A stretch of 64,000 nucleotides of DNA from Raillietiella orientalis (Eukaryota): NCBI GenBank assembly GCA_036172245.1, contig JAYWIR010000056.1:1-64000 (forward strand), written 5' to 3'. A program made the translations under genes and the position numbers. Shown here one piece after another: positions 1 through 13,419 of the stretch (position 1 is its first letter; each line of letters begins with the position of its first letter). A model generated the notes under the pieces. That model did not search any database, had not been told where the DNA came from, and was given only the letters and a program-made list of their open reading frames with translations.

Positions 1-321
1 TAACAGGTGACCCGGAAACACAAGTGAACGCGATGAACGAGTTGTGCGCCGCCATGCGTGCGCGCAACTTGTTCGCGGGTGAGAGGGGAATGGTCCGCAG
101 CATCGACTTCGTCTTCCTCGACGCTGACCTGTGTTCACGGGTCGGCAAACGGGGGAAGATTGCCTCCACGCTTTCGTACCATTCCCAGCTAATTTTCGAG
201 ATGCGGCCTTGCGACAAGGGACCGCCATCCGGGGACTTGCGTCTACCCGGGGACGCGACTCTTAGGTGCAAAGGATACACCTTCGCGAATACCTGAGAAG
301 CGTCACGCTCCGGAATCTCCA
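1..321 (+). mobile_element. Tx1/L1-like element family A, copy A1, left part (APE C-terminus/linker), interrupted by D1
   Basis: Translation SIDFVFLDADLCSRVGKRGK..SYHSQLIFEMRP aligns with the APE end SIDHVYLDQHLCSRVGRRGK..SDHGRIMFEVRP of ORF 2645-4117; continues at 5848. Confidence 0.85.
305..321. repeat. 17-bp target site duplication of D1 (ACGCTCCGGAATCTCCA), second copy at 5831-5847
   Basis: Exact direct repeat at 305-321 and 5831-5847 flanking the element. Confidence 0.95.
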
Positions 322-534
322 TTGAAACCCGGGTGCGCCGGGACGTTTATTCTCACGAATAAACCTATACAATCTGTGACTGGACCAGTAGTCCAGCCAC
401 GACCTGGAAAGATATAGCCTGCCGGGCTACCGGTGCGCAGACCGGCGCGGTCGTCCTCGGCAGCAGAGGGGAGGGGGAACGAAACAAAAAGAAAACAAAA
501 AATAAACAAAAATCAGGGAGGGAGCGGGAAGGGA

Positions 535-3500
535 TCACAGTGTGCTGGGAGGGTCCGTCATCCTCTGGAGGATGCCGACAAGCTGTTTCTGCTTGTGTGG
601 TTCCAGATGGGGCCATCGCGTCGCCATCCTGAGGAAACGGGCGGCATACACATTGGCATCCCTGTAGCTGGATCCTCCCGTCGCTTTGCTCCATGCCACG
701 ACGATCCCGCGTAGGCAGCACAGGGCTGCAAGCGAGGCCGCTGGAGGCAGGGCGTCACGGACGGAGAGGGGGCGCAAAGCGTCTCTGGGGTTGCCTCCGG
801 GGATCCTCAGGGCTGCGGCAAAGCGTTCCCACAAAGGACGGAGGGCAACACAATCCACTTACAGGTGGGGGAGGTATTCCCTCTCCCCGCACCTGACACA
901 ATTAGAATTGACACCCCCCCGCGTCCAGTGGTGTCGGCGGGCGTTGCAAGGAAGTCCCCAATGCAACACCATCAGTGCCGACTGTTGCCACTTCATGGGG
1001 AGGGTGCGCGAGTCCATGAGCACCGGGAGCCACTCGAGATGTTCCTCTGGAACATCCAGTAGCTCTCCCCAGCGCAACAGTCCATTTGGGATGGTCCTCG
1101 GGGTCGAAGCGTTGGTGAGCTCACCCGTTCTCCAATCCCCGATCTTCTTTGCCCTGCTGGCGATCTTGACAGTAACCTCCCATTGTGCCGCGACGTCGCT
1201 GCCCAGATGTTCCCGTAGGGTAGGCAGTACCGCAGCAAGGGAGGTTCTTTGAGCCCACGCTCTCCTTCGAGGATACTTGAAGATTTCTCGGAGCGTGCGG
1301 TGGGCGTGAGGCCCGAACAGAGCTATTCGCTCGTGTTGCGGGCTCTGCTCGTGAGTCATCGTCCACGTGCGGACGGTTTCCTGCAACCAGGCAGGACCGT
1401 TCGCGGGGCGTACGAGGATCCGCTCCGAGTTGGTCTTCACGAGCTTGGCCGCCCTTCGAAGCTGAAGTCCGCAGTGGCAGATGGGGCTTCGGAGTGCAAA
1501 GTAGGACGAGAGTCCCGCATTGCCGGTGGCCCGCTCGACGAGGAGACGTGCAACGAGGCAACAGGAGGTGCACCAATTTTTTGCCATAAAGGCAACACCC
1601 CGGAACTGGAGCTGAAGCTCCAGCCGCTCCAGCGTCAGGAGGCCAAGACCGCTGTTCCGACGCGGAGCGCACAAGTCAGCGAGACGGACTCGGGGCCTCC
1701 CTCTGCTCCAAAGGGCTATCCTCAGGAGGTCCTTCGTCCTTTTCCTACACTCCGCTGAGGGGGGGGCAAACCAAAAGCAAGGGGCAAAGGAGGGGTGCCG
1801 CAAACGCGTTCCACGCCGCGGCCCGTTCCTGCGGGTAGAACCTGCCGTCCTGGAACGGGCCGATTGCCGCCTGAGCCTTCTGAAGGCAGCCGGACCACGC
1901 TTCCGCAGGGGAGTAGTCTCCCAACGGCACACCAAGGTACATGAAGTAACTCACCGTGGGGATCCTCAAACCGACCCAGTCCTGCTGCCCTGCCCACGCC
2001 GCTCCGACTGGCATTATGGACGACTTCGCCCTGTTCACCATAAGTCTTGTTCCCCGATGCAGCAGGTCGAAGAACTCCTCGACCGCCGAAGCCGGGGTGG
2101 ACTTAGGGAGCAGTAGCAGAAGATCGTCCGCGTATGCCGAAACCGCAGGCGTACCGGGACAATCGCGCGGCAGGTGCACCAGAGCCTCCCAGAACGCTCT
2201 CAGCACCAATTCATAGAAGGCGCTAAAGAGCAGGGGGCTAAGGCTGTCTCCCTGCCGTATGCCGCGTCGCACCGGTACTCCGTGCACGGTTTGCCCGCTG
2301 AAAAGAACATTAATGAGCGCGTCGCGCCAGCTGCAGCGCAGGTAGGCCAACAAAGAGGCCGGGAAGCCCAAGCGTTCCAGAAGCTCCAGCAGGAGATTCT
2401 GGTCGACGCTGTCAAATGCTTAACGCAAGTCGACAGCGACCGCAAGGGCTCCCTTCCCCACCCGACCGTTCCGTCTGCCGCCAACAGACGCACCGGAATA
2501 CCGGCTGCTCAATAAGCGTCTTCCTTGTTGGAGCTCTAACCATGTGGAAGCGTGGAACAGGTTCGCCTCCATGCTCCGCCCGTGAACAGCATAAGTCTGT
2601 TCCGGGCTGATGAAGATGTTGGCAACCCGTCCCAGACGCTCTGCTCACATCTTGACAATCAACTTGGCGTCCGCATTCACTATTGTGATGGGACGCCAGT
2701 TGTTCATGCTCCTTAGGTCTCCTCCCTTCGGGAGGAGCCGTACCTTTGCTGAACGAAACGAGGTGGGAACGTCACCTGTTTCACGGATCAGCAAGGTGAG
2801 CTGATGTACCAGGGGAGTAAGCTCTGCCGCGAAAGTTTGATAAAACTCCGCGGGCATGCCGTCCTCCCCTGGAGCCTTCCCCCTCTTGAGCTTTCCGATG
2901 GCCGAAAGGATCTCGTCCATCATGAAAGGCTCGTCGAGGCTTCTTTTCTCCTCCTCCCCGATAGCTGGAGCACCTTCCGGAAGCAAGAGTCGTGAGACGT
3001 CTCGCTCCGGAGGCACCCTGGCGTACAGAAAGGAGTAAAATTTCCTCACTATCCCGCGTTTCTGAGCGAGAACCGAGTGCTCCCGGCCCTGGTCGTCCAG
3101 CAAGCTGGCCGACCCGGATTGCCAGGCTTGCCTCTCGGCTCCCGCTCGATACTCTGCTAACCTGCGCATGTCGGGGGTTCTCGCGTAACGTCGGGCCTGA
3201 AGATAGCACCTTTCGTTACGCGGCCTCTCCCCAAATCCCGCAGGTAGGCGATGCAGGGGGAACTGGTCGCAGAACTCCTGGACCGACCGCTTGAAGCGGT
3301 CCCAGTCCTGAAGTGTCTGCATCCTGAAGCTCCGAATAAACGCACGGAGGTGCTCCGCCGCTTCGGGAAACTTCAGCCAGTCCCCTGGCAGACGCCACGC
3401 TGACGAGGGGGGGCCGTTGTCGCGCGGACGCACTTCGAACATGATCCGTCCATGGTCCGACAGCTCGGATGGTACCTTGCCGCGCCTGCCCACCCTAGAG

Positions 3501-4117
3501 CATAGGTGCTGATCAAGGTACACGTGATCGATGCTGCTTTTCATGGCCGTGTCCCCGGACAACAAGTTGCGCGTGTTCATTTCTGCACACAACTCGTTGA
3601 CGCGGTCGTTCAGTGTATCCGGCGCACCTGAAAGCAGGCGCAGGTTGAAATCACCTGCGATCAGGTGCGCTTTGCGAACTCCTGCATCGGTCAGCCAATC
3701 GCGTCTCAGGGCAAGGTAGAATTCCCTTCTTGCCTTCGCCCTCAACGCGTTGTTTTCGCTAGGAGCGTATAGGTTGGTGACGACCAGGTCGATAGACTCG
3801 GACCAGCTGAGAGTCAGCTGACCGACGCGACCTGCGTCATCGAACCGAACGTCCTTTATTGCGGTCTCGATGGCTCGCCGAAGCAGGAAGGCGACACCGC
3901 TTGATTTCGCGGTGCCGCAACGCCACAGCAGCCGCCCACCCGAGATCCGCTCAATCTCCCGGGCTTCATCTGCGGAGATCACGTGGATCTCCTGCAGCAG
4001 CACCAGGTCGAAGGATGCCAGGGTGGCGGCCACGTCACGCCTCTTGCCGTCGTCGCTTAGCCCGTTCACGTTCCAACAGGCGATCACAAGACGACGGCGA
4101 GAGGCGATTCCCGGCAT
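535..4117 (-). pseudogene. ORF2p: apurinic-like endonuclease + reverse transcriptase + C-terminal CCHC, with stops and frameshifts
   Basis: WNVNGL, LLQE, GDFN, SDH (APE); KAPGEDG, WRPITIVN, RQGDSLSP, YADD (RT); CVRCGERE..HL; stops at ~2645, ~2420, ~859, frameshift ~1760. Confidence 0.92.
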
Positions 4118-5712
4118 TATGGCTGGGAAAGTGGCGTCGCGACACCTGCCGCGGGGCAGGTGTAGGAAAGGTCCATCGGTACGAGGACGGAGGCCTCTTC
4201 AGGCGCCTGGGGTACCTGTTCGGCCTCCATCCTCACCATCCCCTTCGTGTCCGAGCGTGGAATTCTCTCGGGCGACGGGTCCCGGGAGTTTCCCACGCTC
4301 ATGGCACCCTCGCTACCAGAAGCCATCTCTTCCCCTTCGTCGGGTGAGACGATCTTCCGGGGCATTGTGGACTTTCGTCCTGCCTTTTTGCGGGGTGCCG
4401 CGGAGACGGATGCTGTGTTTCCGGCCTTCACCTCGGGGTCGGAAGTGGCCGACTCCTGAGGGGAAGCCGGGCGCCTGACGGCCTTCTTGCCAGCCTTGGG
4501 GGCAACCGGCTGCAGCGAGGCAGCCAGCTCCTCCGCGTCGCGCTCGAAGGCGACGTCATCGAGCGTGGGCTCGATGACGGACGCCGCCGACTCGCTCCCC
4601 TCGTTGTTGACTTTGTCAACGGAGGGTTGAGCAGGGGCAGCAGCGAGTTCTTTAGCGCCGCATCCGTCGATGGCGGGAATCCGCTCTACAACGACGCAGC
4701 AGCTTTTAATTTTTTCGCGGCGCAGAGCGGTTTCTCTCCGTTTCGCCACATTCTTTCCCTTCTTATGGGAGTTTTTCTTGGGATCGACCTTCTGCCACCC
4801 TGGCTCTTGACCCTCGACCTCGAACTTTTCGGCGTTTTTCGCCGCGGTCTCGGGGCTGGCCTTCGCCTTGGTGGCGGAGGTGACCTTAGCAGCAGCACGA
4901 GCTGCCAGCTTCTTTCTCTTTTTTGCCGCGCGCTTTCTCGCGTTTTTCGCGGACACGACGCGGACTGTGTTTTGGGGGCACACCAGACGGGTGTGCCCCG
5001 CTTGTTTGCATTGCTGGCACTGCACGCTCGGACACCTTATTTTAAGGTGACCAAAGCTGCTGCAGCAGCCGCAAAACTTTGGTTTCCTTACGTACCACAC
5101 GTCAACGGATTCACCGTTGACGGTGAGTTTGTGGGGAAACTCACATCCCTCGTGAACCGTCACTCGCGCTGCACCCAGGCCGCCAAGCACCCCGTCGTAA
5201 TCGACAAAAGGAGCAGGCTTTCCCCACAGCGCGTGGACAGTTGCAAATTTTTCTAATTCGTTCCGGACGGCCTCCTTCGTCATCCGGAACGTGATAACGG
5301 TCAGGTGAATGATCAACGACCGATCTTCAGTAATGGGGAGAAGCCTCCGGCTGCCTCTAATTACGGGGGTTCGCAGAAGTCTGTGCGCAAGAGTTGCCTT
5401 CTTGCAGATAACTTCCACAAATTGACCCCCGCTTCTGACGGACATAGCCAGAAGCTCCTCTTTTTGTACACCGAGAACGCGCATCGCCTGCGAAAAGGCG
5501 CGCGCGTTCTCGGGAGAATATAAACCGCCTACCTTATATAGAAGGGGTGGGTTATACCCCTCCTCCAGGTAAGCGCGCATTTCCGCCATAGCCGATGGCG
5601 TAGGTGCCGCAGCCACGGCGTTCCAAGCCCTGGGTAGGGCCGGGGGCGCATCCATGCTAGCGGAAGCCTCCACTGATGCGGGAGCCCCCACCTCCATCTC
5701 CTCCGGGGGCAT
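4117..5712 (-). CDS. ORF1p, gag-like RNA-binding protein with two CCHC zinc knuckles (intact, 531 aa)
   Basis: CGCCSSFGHLKIRC and CQQCKQAGHTRLVC knuckles; basic and low-complexity C-terminus; stop overlaps ORF2 start (TAATG). Confidence 0.9.
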   Translation of the reverse strand: MPPEEMEVGAPASVEASASMDAPPALPRAWNAVAAAPTPSAMAEMRAYLEEGYNPPLLYKVGGLYSPENARAFSQAMRVLGVQKEELLAMSVRSGGQFVEVICKKATLAHRLLRTPVIRGSRRLLPITEDRSLIIHLTVITFRMTKEAVRNELEKFATVHALWGKPAPFVDYDGVLGGLGAARVTVHEGCEFPHKLTVNGESVDVWYVRKPKFCGCCSSFGHLKIRCPSVQCQQCKQAGHTRLVCPQNTVRVVSAKNARKRAAKKRKKLAARAAAKVTSATKAKASPETAAKNAEKFEVEGQEPGWQKVDPKKNSHKKGKNVAKRRETALRREKIKSCCVVVERIPAIDGCGAKELAAAPAQPSVDKVNNEGSESAASVIEPTLDDVAFERDAEELAASLQPVAPKAGKKAVRRPASPQESATSDPEVKAGNTASVSAAPRKKAGRKSTMPRKIVSPDEGEEMASGSEGAMSVGNSRDPSPERIPRSDTKGMVRMEAEQVPQAPEEASVLVPMDLSYTCPAAGVATPLSQP

Positions 5713-5830
5713 TGCCCCCGGATCCTAACCGGTGGTGGTATCAGGCATTGCTGCCTAATCCTCCACCCACACCACGCACAAGCACCAGCGGAAATGAAAC
5801 TCAGGAGCAACGAAAAGACACGTCCGCTCG

Positions 5831-8571
5831 ACGCTCCGGAATCTCCAGGACTTGGATCTTTTTAAGAAATCGGTCCGGGAGTTCTGCGAGCAGTTCCCCC
5901 TGGACCGCCTGCCCTCCGGATACGGCGAGGGTCCTCGCAACCATCGGGCCTATTTACAGGCCCGTAGGTACGAGCGAACCCCTAATGTCCGTCGCCTGGC
6001 CGAGTACCGCGCCGGGGCCGAACGCCAATCCTGGCAATCCGGGTCGGCCAGCTTTCTGGGCGACCAGGGCCGGGAATGTTCGTCCCCGGCGTCGGTACGG
6101 CATCTCGTGCGGAGTTATTATTCCCGCTTCGTTTCGGTCAGCCAGAGTGAGGCTCCTTCCGAAAGGAAGAGACCTTAGGAATTTGAACAACTGGCGTCCG
6201 ATCACGATTGTGAATACGTACGCCAAGTTGATTGCCGGGCTATGGGCTTCGCGTCTGGGGCAGGTGCAGAATCCATAATTAGCCCGGAGCAGACATATGC
6301 TGTTCCCGGGCGAAGTATGGATGCCAACCTCTTCTTCGCGAGCACATGGATGCACGCGCAGAGGTGTCAAAAGGAAGGGAAAGGAAAAATCGGCAACCCC
6401 ACTTTGGGGCCGCCAGCAGGGCAGGGAATGGACTCTGGGGCGCGGAAGGGGGCGTTAGCGCTCGCAGTCGATCTCCATAAGGTGTTCGACTGTGTTGATC
6501 AGGGGCTTTTGTTGGAGCTCCTGGGTCGCATGGGCTTCCCACCCTCCTTGATTACCTACCTGCCTTCTTGCTGGCGGAATGCGATTATTTCCGTCTCTTT
6601 CAGCAGTCAGAAGGTGCATGGCGTGCCGGTGCGGGGGGGCATAAGGCAGGGAGATAGCCTCAGTCCCCTGCTCTTCAGCACCTACTTTGAGTTGGTGCTG
6701 AGAGCCTACAGGGTGACTTTGGCCTCCTTGCCCAGCTCGTGCCTCGGTACGCCAGCCGTAGAGGCGTATGCCGACGATCTTCTGCTCCTGTTACCTATGT
6801 CCACCTCGGCGAAGGCGGTCGGAGACTTCTTCGATCTGCTCAGCCGTGGGACCGGACTGCAGGTCAACAGGGCGAAGTCGTCGGTGGTGCCAGTAGGTGC
6901 GGCGTGGGCAGGGCAGCAGGACTGGGTCCGTCTGGGGATCCCCACGGCGAGGTGCCTCAAGTTCCTTGGTGTGCCGTTGGATGACTGCTCCCTTGCGGAA
7001 GCGTGGTCTAGCTGTCTTCAAAAAGTTGAGACGGCGATCGGCCCGTTCCTGGAAGGCAACTTTTACTTGCCGGAACGGGCCGCGGTTTGTAACGTTTTTG
7101 CGGCCCCCATTCTCCGCTTCTTGCTTTTTGTTTGCTCCGCTCCCAGAGAATGCAAAAAGAGGACAAAGGACCTCCTCCGCATAGCCCTTTGGGGCAAGGG
7201 GAGGCCCCGAGTCTCTCTGAAGGACTTGTGCGCTCCGCGTCGGGACGGCGGCCTTGGCCTCCTGACGCTGGAGCGCGTAGAAATCCAGCTGCGGTGGCGA
7301 ACCCTCGCCATCGCAGCGAAGATGTGGAGCACCCCTTGGTGCGTTCCGACTTGCCTTCTCGCCAGGCGTGTGTCCCGATGCGAAGGACTCGCGTCGTTTC
7401 TTCTGTGCCCTGGCCGGAGGATCCGAAGATGCGGCCTTATGCTCGGACGCATAGCAACCCTGGCGAAGACGAACGGTTGGATGGTTTGTGGCCCCACCAA
7501 CTCCTCTGCCTGGTTGGAAGAGTCTGCTGGCACATGGGCTAAGCAGCACCGGAGGAGTGAAAACAATATGAACTGCCTGCGAATCGGCCCATACGCCAAC
7601 CGCGCCCTGCGGGAAATACTGGAATTTCCCCGCAGTCGCAGGTAGGCGTTGACGACCATCCTTGCTACGGCGATGCCCTACATCCTGAGGGCGCTTCAGC
7701 ATCGCCAGAAGCCGAGGTGGCAAGTCACCTGCCAGATCGCAGGCAGGGAGATGTTAAGCGGCTGGACCACAGGAGAACTGGCGGACGCCACGACCCCGAG
7801 CGTCCAGCCGCGTGGATTGATGAGATGGGGCGAGCTGCTCGCCATCCCTACGGATGTGCTGAAGTGGCCCCCGGTACTAAAGGAATCCAGGATCCTGCCC
7901 CTTATGTGGCAAGAGTCGGCGTTGCTACTGCTGCACTGGGGATTACCCTGCAACGCCCGCCGTTTCCACTGGACAAGGGGAACTGTGGATCCTTAGTGTG
8001 TCAGGTGCGGAGAGCGGGAATCGCTCTTCCAATTAATTGTGGACTGTGCTGCCATCCGACCCCTCTAGGAACGGTTCGGGGCGACCCTCGGGCTCCCTAC
8101 GGGCAGCACTCCCAGAGACGTTCTTCGGCCCTTCTTCGTGAAGGACGCACTGCAGCCAGCCGCAGCCATCGCAGCCTTGTGCTGTGTCCGTGGCATCGTG
8201 GCGGCATGGAGCGACGCCAATAACGAAGGAGTGGGTCCACACGCGAGGGATGTCATTTCATACGCCCAACTCTTCATGCGGAGAGCTGCCGGATGGTCTT
8301 AACTGGGGAATATACGGACGGACCTCGAGGGCTTCCTTCAACGGATGGGCCCTCCTCACAGCGTTTAGTGATCCCTTCCCTGCCCTCCAACCTCTTTTGT
8401 TTGTTTGCGTTTTTATTTTTACTTTTGTTTTTCCTCATCACCTTTCGTTGCCGAGGAGTGCCACACCGGGCTGCGTTCCGGCGTCCCGGTAGGTCCTGTG
8501 CATAAGGCCGTGAGCGAGTCCTGGTACCGTGATTGTAGAGTTTTTCATTAATAAACGCCCCGGGCGTACCA
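5831..8571 (+). mobile_element. Family A copy A1, right part (linker, RT, C-terminus, 3'UTR), internal deletion near 6120
   Basis: FKKSVREFCEQFP, WRPITIVN, DLHKVFD, QGDSLSP, YADD; ends AATAAACGCCCCGGGCGTACC. Confidence 0.9.
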
Positions 8572-9692
8572 GCGTGGCAACTTCCACCCAGGCGTCGGAG
8601 GATAAAACCGCGAAAGACGCAGGAGGGGAGGAGAGATGGCAACTGGTTAAGGTGGGGAAAGAAAAAAAGAAGATTCTGGGAGAGCAAAAGTCGGAGAAAA
8701 AAACTGCCGGCAAAAAGAAAAAAGCCGCGCCGCTTTCAAAAAAACTCCGCAAGTGCTCGGTGGCATTGGAACGCTTAGCTGTTCCTTCGGAGTTCGCCCG
8801 CGGCAATGTTCAGCAAACAGCTGATGGGGTCGCGATCGAAACTAGCGTGGACGAGCTCACTCTAAGTTTAGAGGATGAGACGCGAGACTTGCGCTCCGAA
8901 AGCGAGGACGCCGCGTCCGATAAGGTCGCGGAGGAGCCCGCGGCAACGTTGGCAGGCAGCGATGACGCGTCTTTCGAGAAGGCCGCGGAGAAACTCGCGG
9001 CAACGCTTGCCGAGCACGAAACCCTGTCGCTTAAGGGCGTCCGCAGGCCGGCTCCAAAGAAAATGCCTCCCGCAGGTGAGTCCGATCGGGAGGCCGGAAA
9101 CTCATCATCCTCCGCGCAGGCATCTCTTCGAAAGTCAGGACGTAAGTCCCAAACACCCAAGAGGTGACCTCCCGTTTCGAACGAGGAGGAGAAGCCGGAA
9201 GCCGAAGGCAGCGTGGGAAACCCGAAGGGGGAACTCCCACGCTCGGAAGCCGGCGCACAGGCAACGCCTATGAAGGAAGGTGAGCAGGGTAACGAAGCCA
9301 ACCCTGCATGCGCAGAACCCGAAAAGCCCGCCCCTATGGAGGAGGGCGATCAGGTAGGCGCGACCACACCTTCGGGCGATGCGCCTGACGCGCCGACACC
9401 AAAGGAGGAGGAGGATCAGGTGCTCCACGCACCGACAGTCCGCCTCCAAGCGTCCCGCCCCAACAGGTGTCGGACGCCGCACTGCCACTTTCCCAGGATT
9501 AACACCTGGGCTCGCTTGTCGCCGTCGGATACGCGTGGCCTGTTGGAATGTCAACGGGCTGCGCGACGACGGCAACAGACGAGAAACGGCCGACACCCTG
9601 CGTGAGTTCGACCTGGCCCTGCTGCAGGAGATCCACGTGATCACCTCGGCAGACGTCCAGGAGATCGAGACGATCGCGGGGGTCGACTGTTT
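8572..9692 (+). mobile_element. Family A copy A2: ORF1 C-terminal half and APE N-terminus
   Basis: KCSVALERL..FEKAAEKLAA (ORF1); ACWNVNGLRDDG..LLQEIHV (APE); ends at GTCGACTGTTT. Confidence 0.85.
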
Positions 9693-10725
9693 GTCATCCG
9701 GGTGCGCCGGGGCGTTTATCACAAACTAACCGGGAACAAAGTTCCCGGACAAAGGGGAAAACAAGAGACGAAGGGGGTGGGATCCCCGACACGCAGGTCT
9801 GTATGCTGAAAGTCCGGAACGGGAGGGAGGGGACCACAAATACACTACTATAAAAAAAATAAAAATAAAAATATGGAGGGCAGGGGACAGGGGTCTTTGG
9901 TGAGTCCGTTCCTTCCTTTCAAAACCGGCGATGGATGCCGGCGATCTCTTTCCTTACGTCCTGTAGAAGATGGGCCCACTCGGCAGCCGAGGACAGGCTT
10001 GCGCTGGCTAATCCGGTGGGCTGACGAACGATGGCCAGCTTCTCCAACTCTCGGTGGGCCTTAGCGATGGCGCGGGTGCAACACACGGTTGCAACGACAG
10101 CACCCAAAGACAGGCCGCCTGGCGTGAAGAAGCGGCGCATCAAGTCCCTCGCGGCGTCCCCCTGGTGCAGGAGAGCTGAGGTTAGCCTCCGCCAAAGTCC
10201 TTGGAGGGCACCGCAGTCCAGGAGGAGGTTCGGAAGCGTTTCAACTTCCCGGCACCGCTTACAGTTTGGGGAGACAACTACCCCGGAAACACGGTTCGTA
10301 CGCTGGTTGGAGTGAAAACCCCAATGCACCAGCATGATGACGTCCTGCTTCCACGAAAGGAAGAACACAGAAGTGTTCAAACAGGAGGGAGGGACCACAA
10401 GTTCTTCGGGAGGCACACTCAAGTGTTCACTCCACCGAAGGAGTCCCTTCGAGATGTGGCGAGGCGTGGCGGCGTCTGCCAGCTCGCAAGTCCTCCAGCC
10501 GCCAATAGGTCGCGTTATTCCTGCGATGGTGCAGGCGACCTTCCATCTCGACGGATCGCAGCTGTCATCTCTTCCCCTGAGGGCTGACAGTCCGTCGGCG
10601 AGGGGGGTGTGGGCCAGGCCGGTCCACTTCTCCTGGCTGCTGCAGACCTCATTCACCGTGTAGTACGGGGAGAGGTGAACGCAACGGAGTTGGAGGATGG
10701 AAACATCCTGGTGCTCACGAAAGGT
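9693..10725 (-). mobile_element. Family B copy B1, 5'-truncated (ORF2 C-terminus ..IAGIHRRF and 3'UTR)
   Basis: ORF 9919-10656 with CKRC..ETLPNL; 3' terminal hairpin motif at 9693-9720. Confidence 0.85.
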
Positions 10726-10729
10726 GACG

Positions 10730-12669
10730 GGTTTATCTCGCCTGGTACCGTCGTCGCGCAGCCCGTTGACATTCCAACAGGCTGCGCGATTCCGACGGCG
10801 ACTGGCGAGCCCAAGTGTTAATCCTGGGAAGATGGCGATGCGGCGTCCACCACCTGCTGAAGCGGGACGCCAGGTGGAGGAGGAGGGTCAGGTGCCTTCA
10901 GCACCTGACCCTCCATAGGTAACGCCGCGTCGAGCGGGTCACCCACAGGTGGGGTCGCGCCTACCTGTTCGCCCTCCTCCATGTGGGCGGGCTGTTCAGG
11001 GTCGGCGCCCGCAGGGGGGACTTCACCCCCGTGTTCACCCTCCTCCATGGGGGTGGCCGGTTCGACGGTTTCCGAGCGTGGGAATTCCTCCTCCGAACTT
11101 CCCACGCTGTCGAAGTCTTCCGTCTTCCCCTCCTCGCTGGTGAAGGGAGGCGCCTCCTGGGCTTCTGGGACTTCCGTCTTGACTTCCTGGGGGGTGCCTC
11201 CGAGGAGGAGGATGTACTTCTGGCCCCCAGGTCTTACTCACCTGCCGGGGCCTTCTTCGCCTGAGCCGACGTTCGCACGGCCTTGCGCGAGGAGTTCTCA
11301 CGCTCGGCCAGCGTGGCCGCGAGCTCCTCCGCCGCCTGCGCGAACGCGGCGTCCTCGGCTTCGACCGACGCGTCACGCGGCTCACCCTCTGTATAAACAG
11401 AGGGTTCGCCGGCGCGAACCTCGGGCGCGGCATAAACGGCGAGGGGAGGCTCGTCGCCCCGGGTGGCAGCCTCGGGAACGCTGACGCGCTTCAGTGCTAC
11501 CGTGCACTCGCGGACGGTTTTTGAGAGCGGTCCGGGTTTTTTCGCCTTCCCGGCAGTCTTTTTTTCCGCCTTTTTGTCCTTTCTCTGTTGAGGCCCTTTT
11601 TAAGGCTCTTTCCTGGCCTTGACCAGCTTCCATCCCTCCTGCATTCCTGCGTCCTCTGGAGTTTTTTCCTCCGACGCCTGTTTGGTAGGAAGAGGAGATG
11701 GCGGCTGGGGCCAGCCAGTTTAACGTTGCGGTCTTTCGACCTTCTTATCTTTCTTTGCCTGCGCTTTTTTGGCAGCGGGCGGCACCGGGTTGGAGCGTTT
11801 AGGGCACACACGACGAACGTGTCCCTTAACCCCGCACAAGTGGCACACAATATTCGGGCGCCGCTTGCGCAAGTGTCCTACTGCATAGCAGTATCCACAG
11901 TAACGGAGTTTGCCCACGAACCAGAGGTCGACGGTTCCATTCGCGACCTCTAATTTGTGGGGTAAGCCACCGCCCTCTTCAACGGTGACACGCGCTGCAG
12001 CCTGGCTACCAAAAAGACCATTATAGCCTTCGAAAATCGTTGGCTTCGGCCACAACGCGTGCACTTCTGCATGCTTTCCTAACCCATTACCAACCGCCAA
12101 CCGCGTCCTGTGGCTGGTAATTCCCGTGAGATGGACCACTACAGAGCGGTCCATCCTCAGCGGCAAGATCTTGCGACCATCCACGATCAGCGGATCGGTG
12201 ATCAGGCGTTGGGCCAAGGTGATATCTTTACATACCACCTCGACCCGCTGACCGCCGCGGAGGACGGAGAGGCCGTCAAGATCTTGCTCCAGTATGTTTG
12301 CAGACTGCAGTGCCTTCGTGAAGGCACGTGCATTCTTGCCATCGAACAGATTGCCTACCTGATAGACAAGCGATGGCTTGTATCCGGAGGCCCTGTAAGC
12401 GGCTTGTTCAGCCAAAGTTGCTGCGCTAGGCGCGGCTACCATGGCGCTTTAGCTCCTCGCCTTTGGCGGCGAGGGTGATTCCGGGGCGGAAGCCCCTGAC
12501 TCTGTAGGCTGTATGGGTGGACAAGTTTCCCCCACACTCACACCTACCTTCATCGTGGTGTCCTCAGGCAAGGTTGCCATCGGACACCAACGATGTGCAC
12601 TATGCACCACACACAATAGAAACCCGCTTCCTACGACTCACTCGGGAGCGAAGAAAAACACGTCCGATC
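10730..12669 (-). mobile_element. Family A copy A3: 5'UTR, frameshifted ORF1, APE N-terminus
   Basis: 5' motif CGGACGTGTTTTT at ~12655-12667; CGYCYAVGH and CHLCGVKGHVRRVC knuckles; ACWNVNGLRDDG. Confidence 0.88.
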
Positions 12670-13418
12670 GGCGGTGGCAGGCACTTACCTTATCCCCCGC
12701 CTCAATGGGGTTGCTCAGCAGCTCGGTTGCGGAGGGTGGGAAAATCCCTCCCTCCGTTCCCACGCTGCCGGCTTCCCCCTTGGCTGCCGGTGTGTCCCCC
12801 TCCTTCTTCGTCGGGAAGCGCCTCTTCGGATTCTTGGACTTCCGTCCAGTCTTCTTCGGAGGCACCTTCGCGGAGGAGTACGCACTTCCGGCATCTGGGT
12901 CGTGGTCACCTGTCGGAGGTGCCCTGGTCGCGGCCGGCCTTCGCAAGGCCTTACGCGCGCCGTTCTCACGGTCGCCGAGTTCGGCCGCGAGCTCTTCCGC
13001 CGCCTGTTGGAAGGCGGCGTCCTCGATTGCGGCGAGCGCGTCGCTCGGTTCCCCCTCTGTTTGCACAGAGTGTTCGCCTTTTGTGATCGCGTCTTCGTCG
13101 GCAACGAGGCGGGGGATATCTCCCCCGGTGGCGGTCTCGGGGACCTCCACGCGCTCCAAAGCGACCGAACATTTGCAGAGCAACGCACTTCGTTGTCTCC
13201 TATTTGAAGGAGTTGTCGCGGTTTCCGCTGTGGGACCTTCGGTTGTCCTTAATTTTTTTCTTTTTGGCTTAGCCTTCTGCCAGCCCTCGCTCTTCTCAGC
13301 GTCGTCGGGAGTTTTCTCGACCAGCGTTTTCTGCACGGGTTCGGCCTCTGGCTGTGGGTTCAGCCTCTCGGGTGCTTCTTTAGCCTTTCCGATCGCCCCG
13401 TGCGTTTCCCCTTGGTAG
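12670..13418 (-). mobile_element. ORF1 C-terminal fragment of a related Tx1-like element
   Basis: KCSVALERV..EDAAFQQAAEELAA..RKALRRPA, homologous to the other ORF1 copies. Confidence 0.8.
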
Positions 13419-13419
13419 A

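Larger units (their letters stand above)
322..5830 (-). mobile_element. Full-length (~5.5 kb) Tx1/L1-clade non-LTR retrotransposon, family D copy D1 (inactivated)
   Basis: 5'UTR, ORF1, ORF2 (APE-RT-CCHC), 3'UTR with AATAAA, flanked by a 17-bp TSD. Confidence 0.95.

Noticed and set aside
535..7645. Bacterial RT systems (group II intron, retron, DGR)
   Set aside because: The RTs are linked to APE or RLE domains, gag knuckles and TSDs typical of eukaryotic non-LTR elements.
686..8242. Many long antisense and alternate-frame ORFs over the retroelements
   Set aside because: Shadow ORFs expected in GC-rich coding sequence; no independent motifs.
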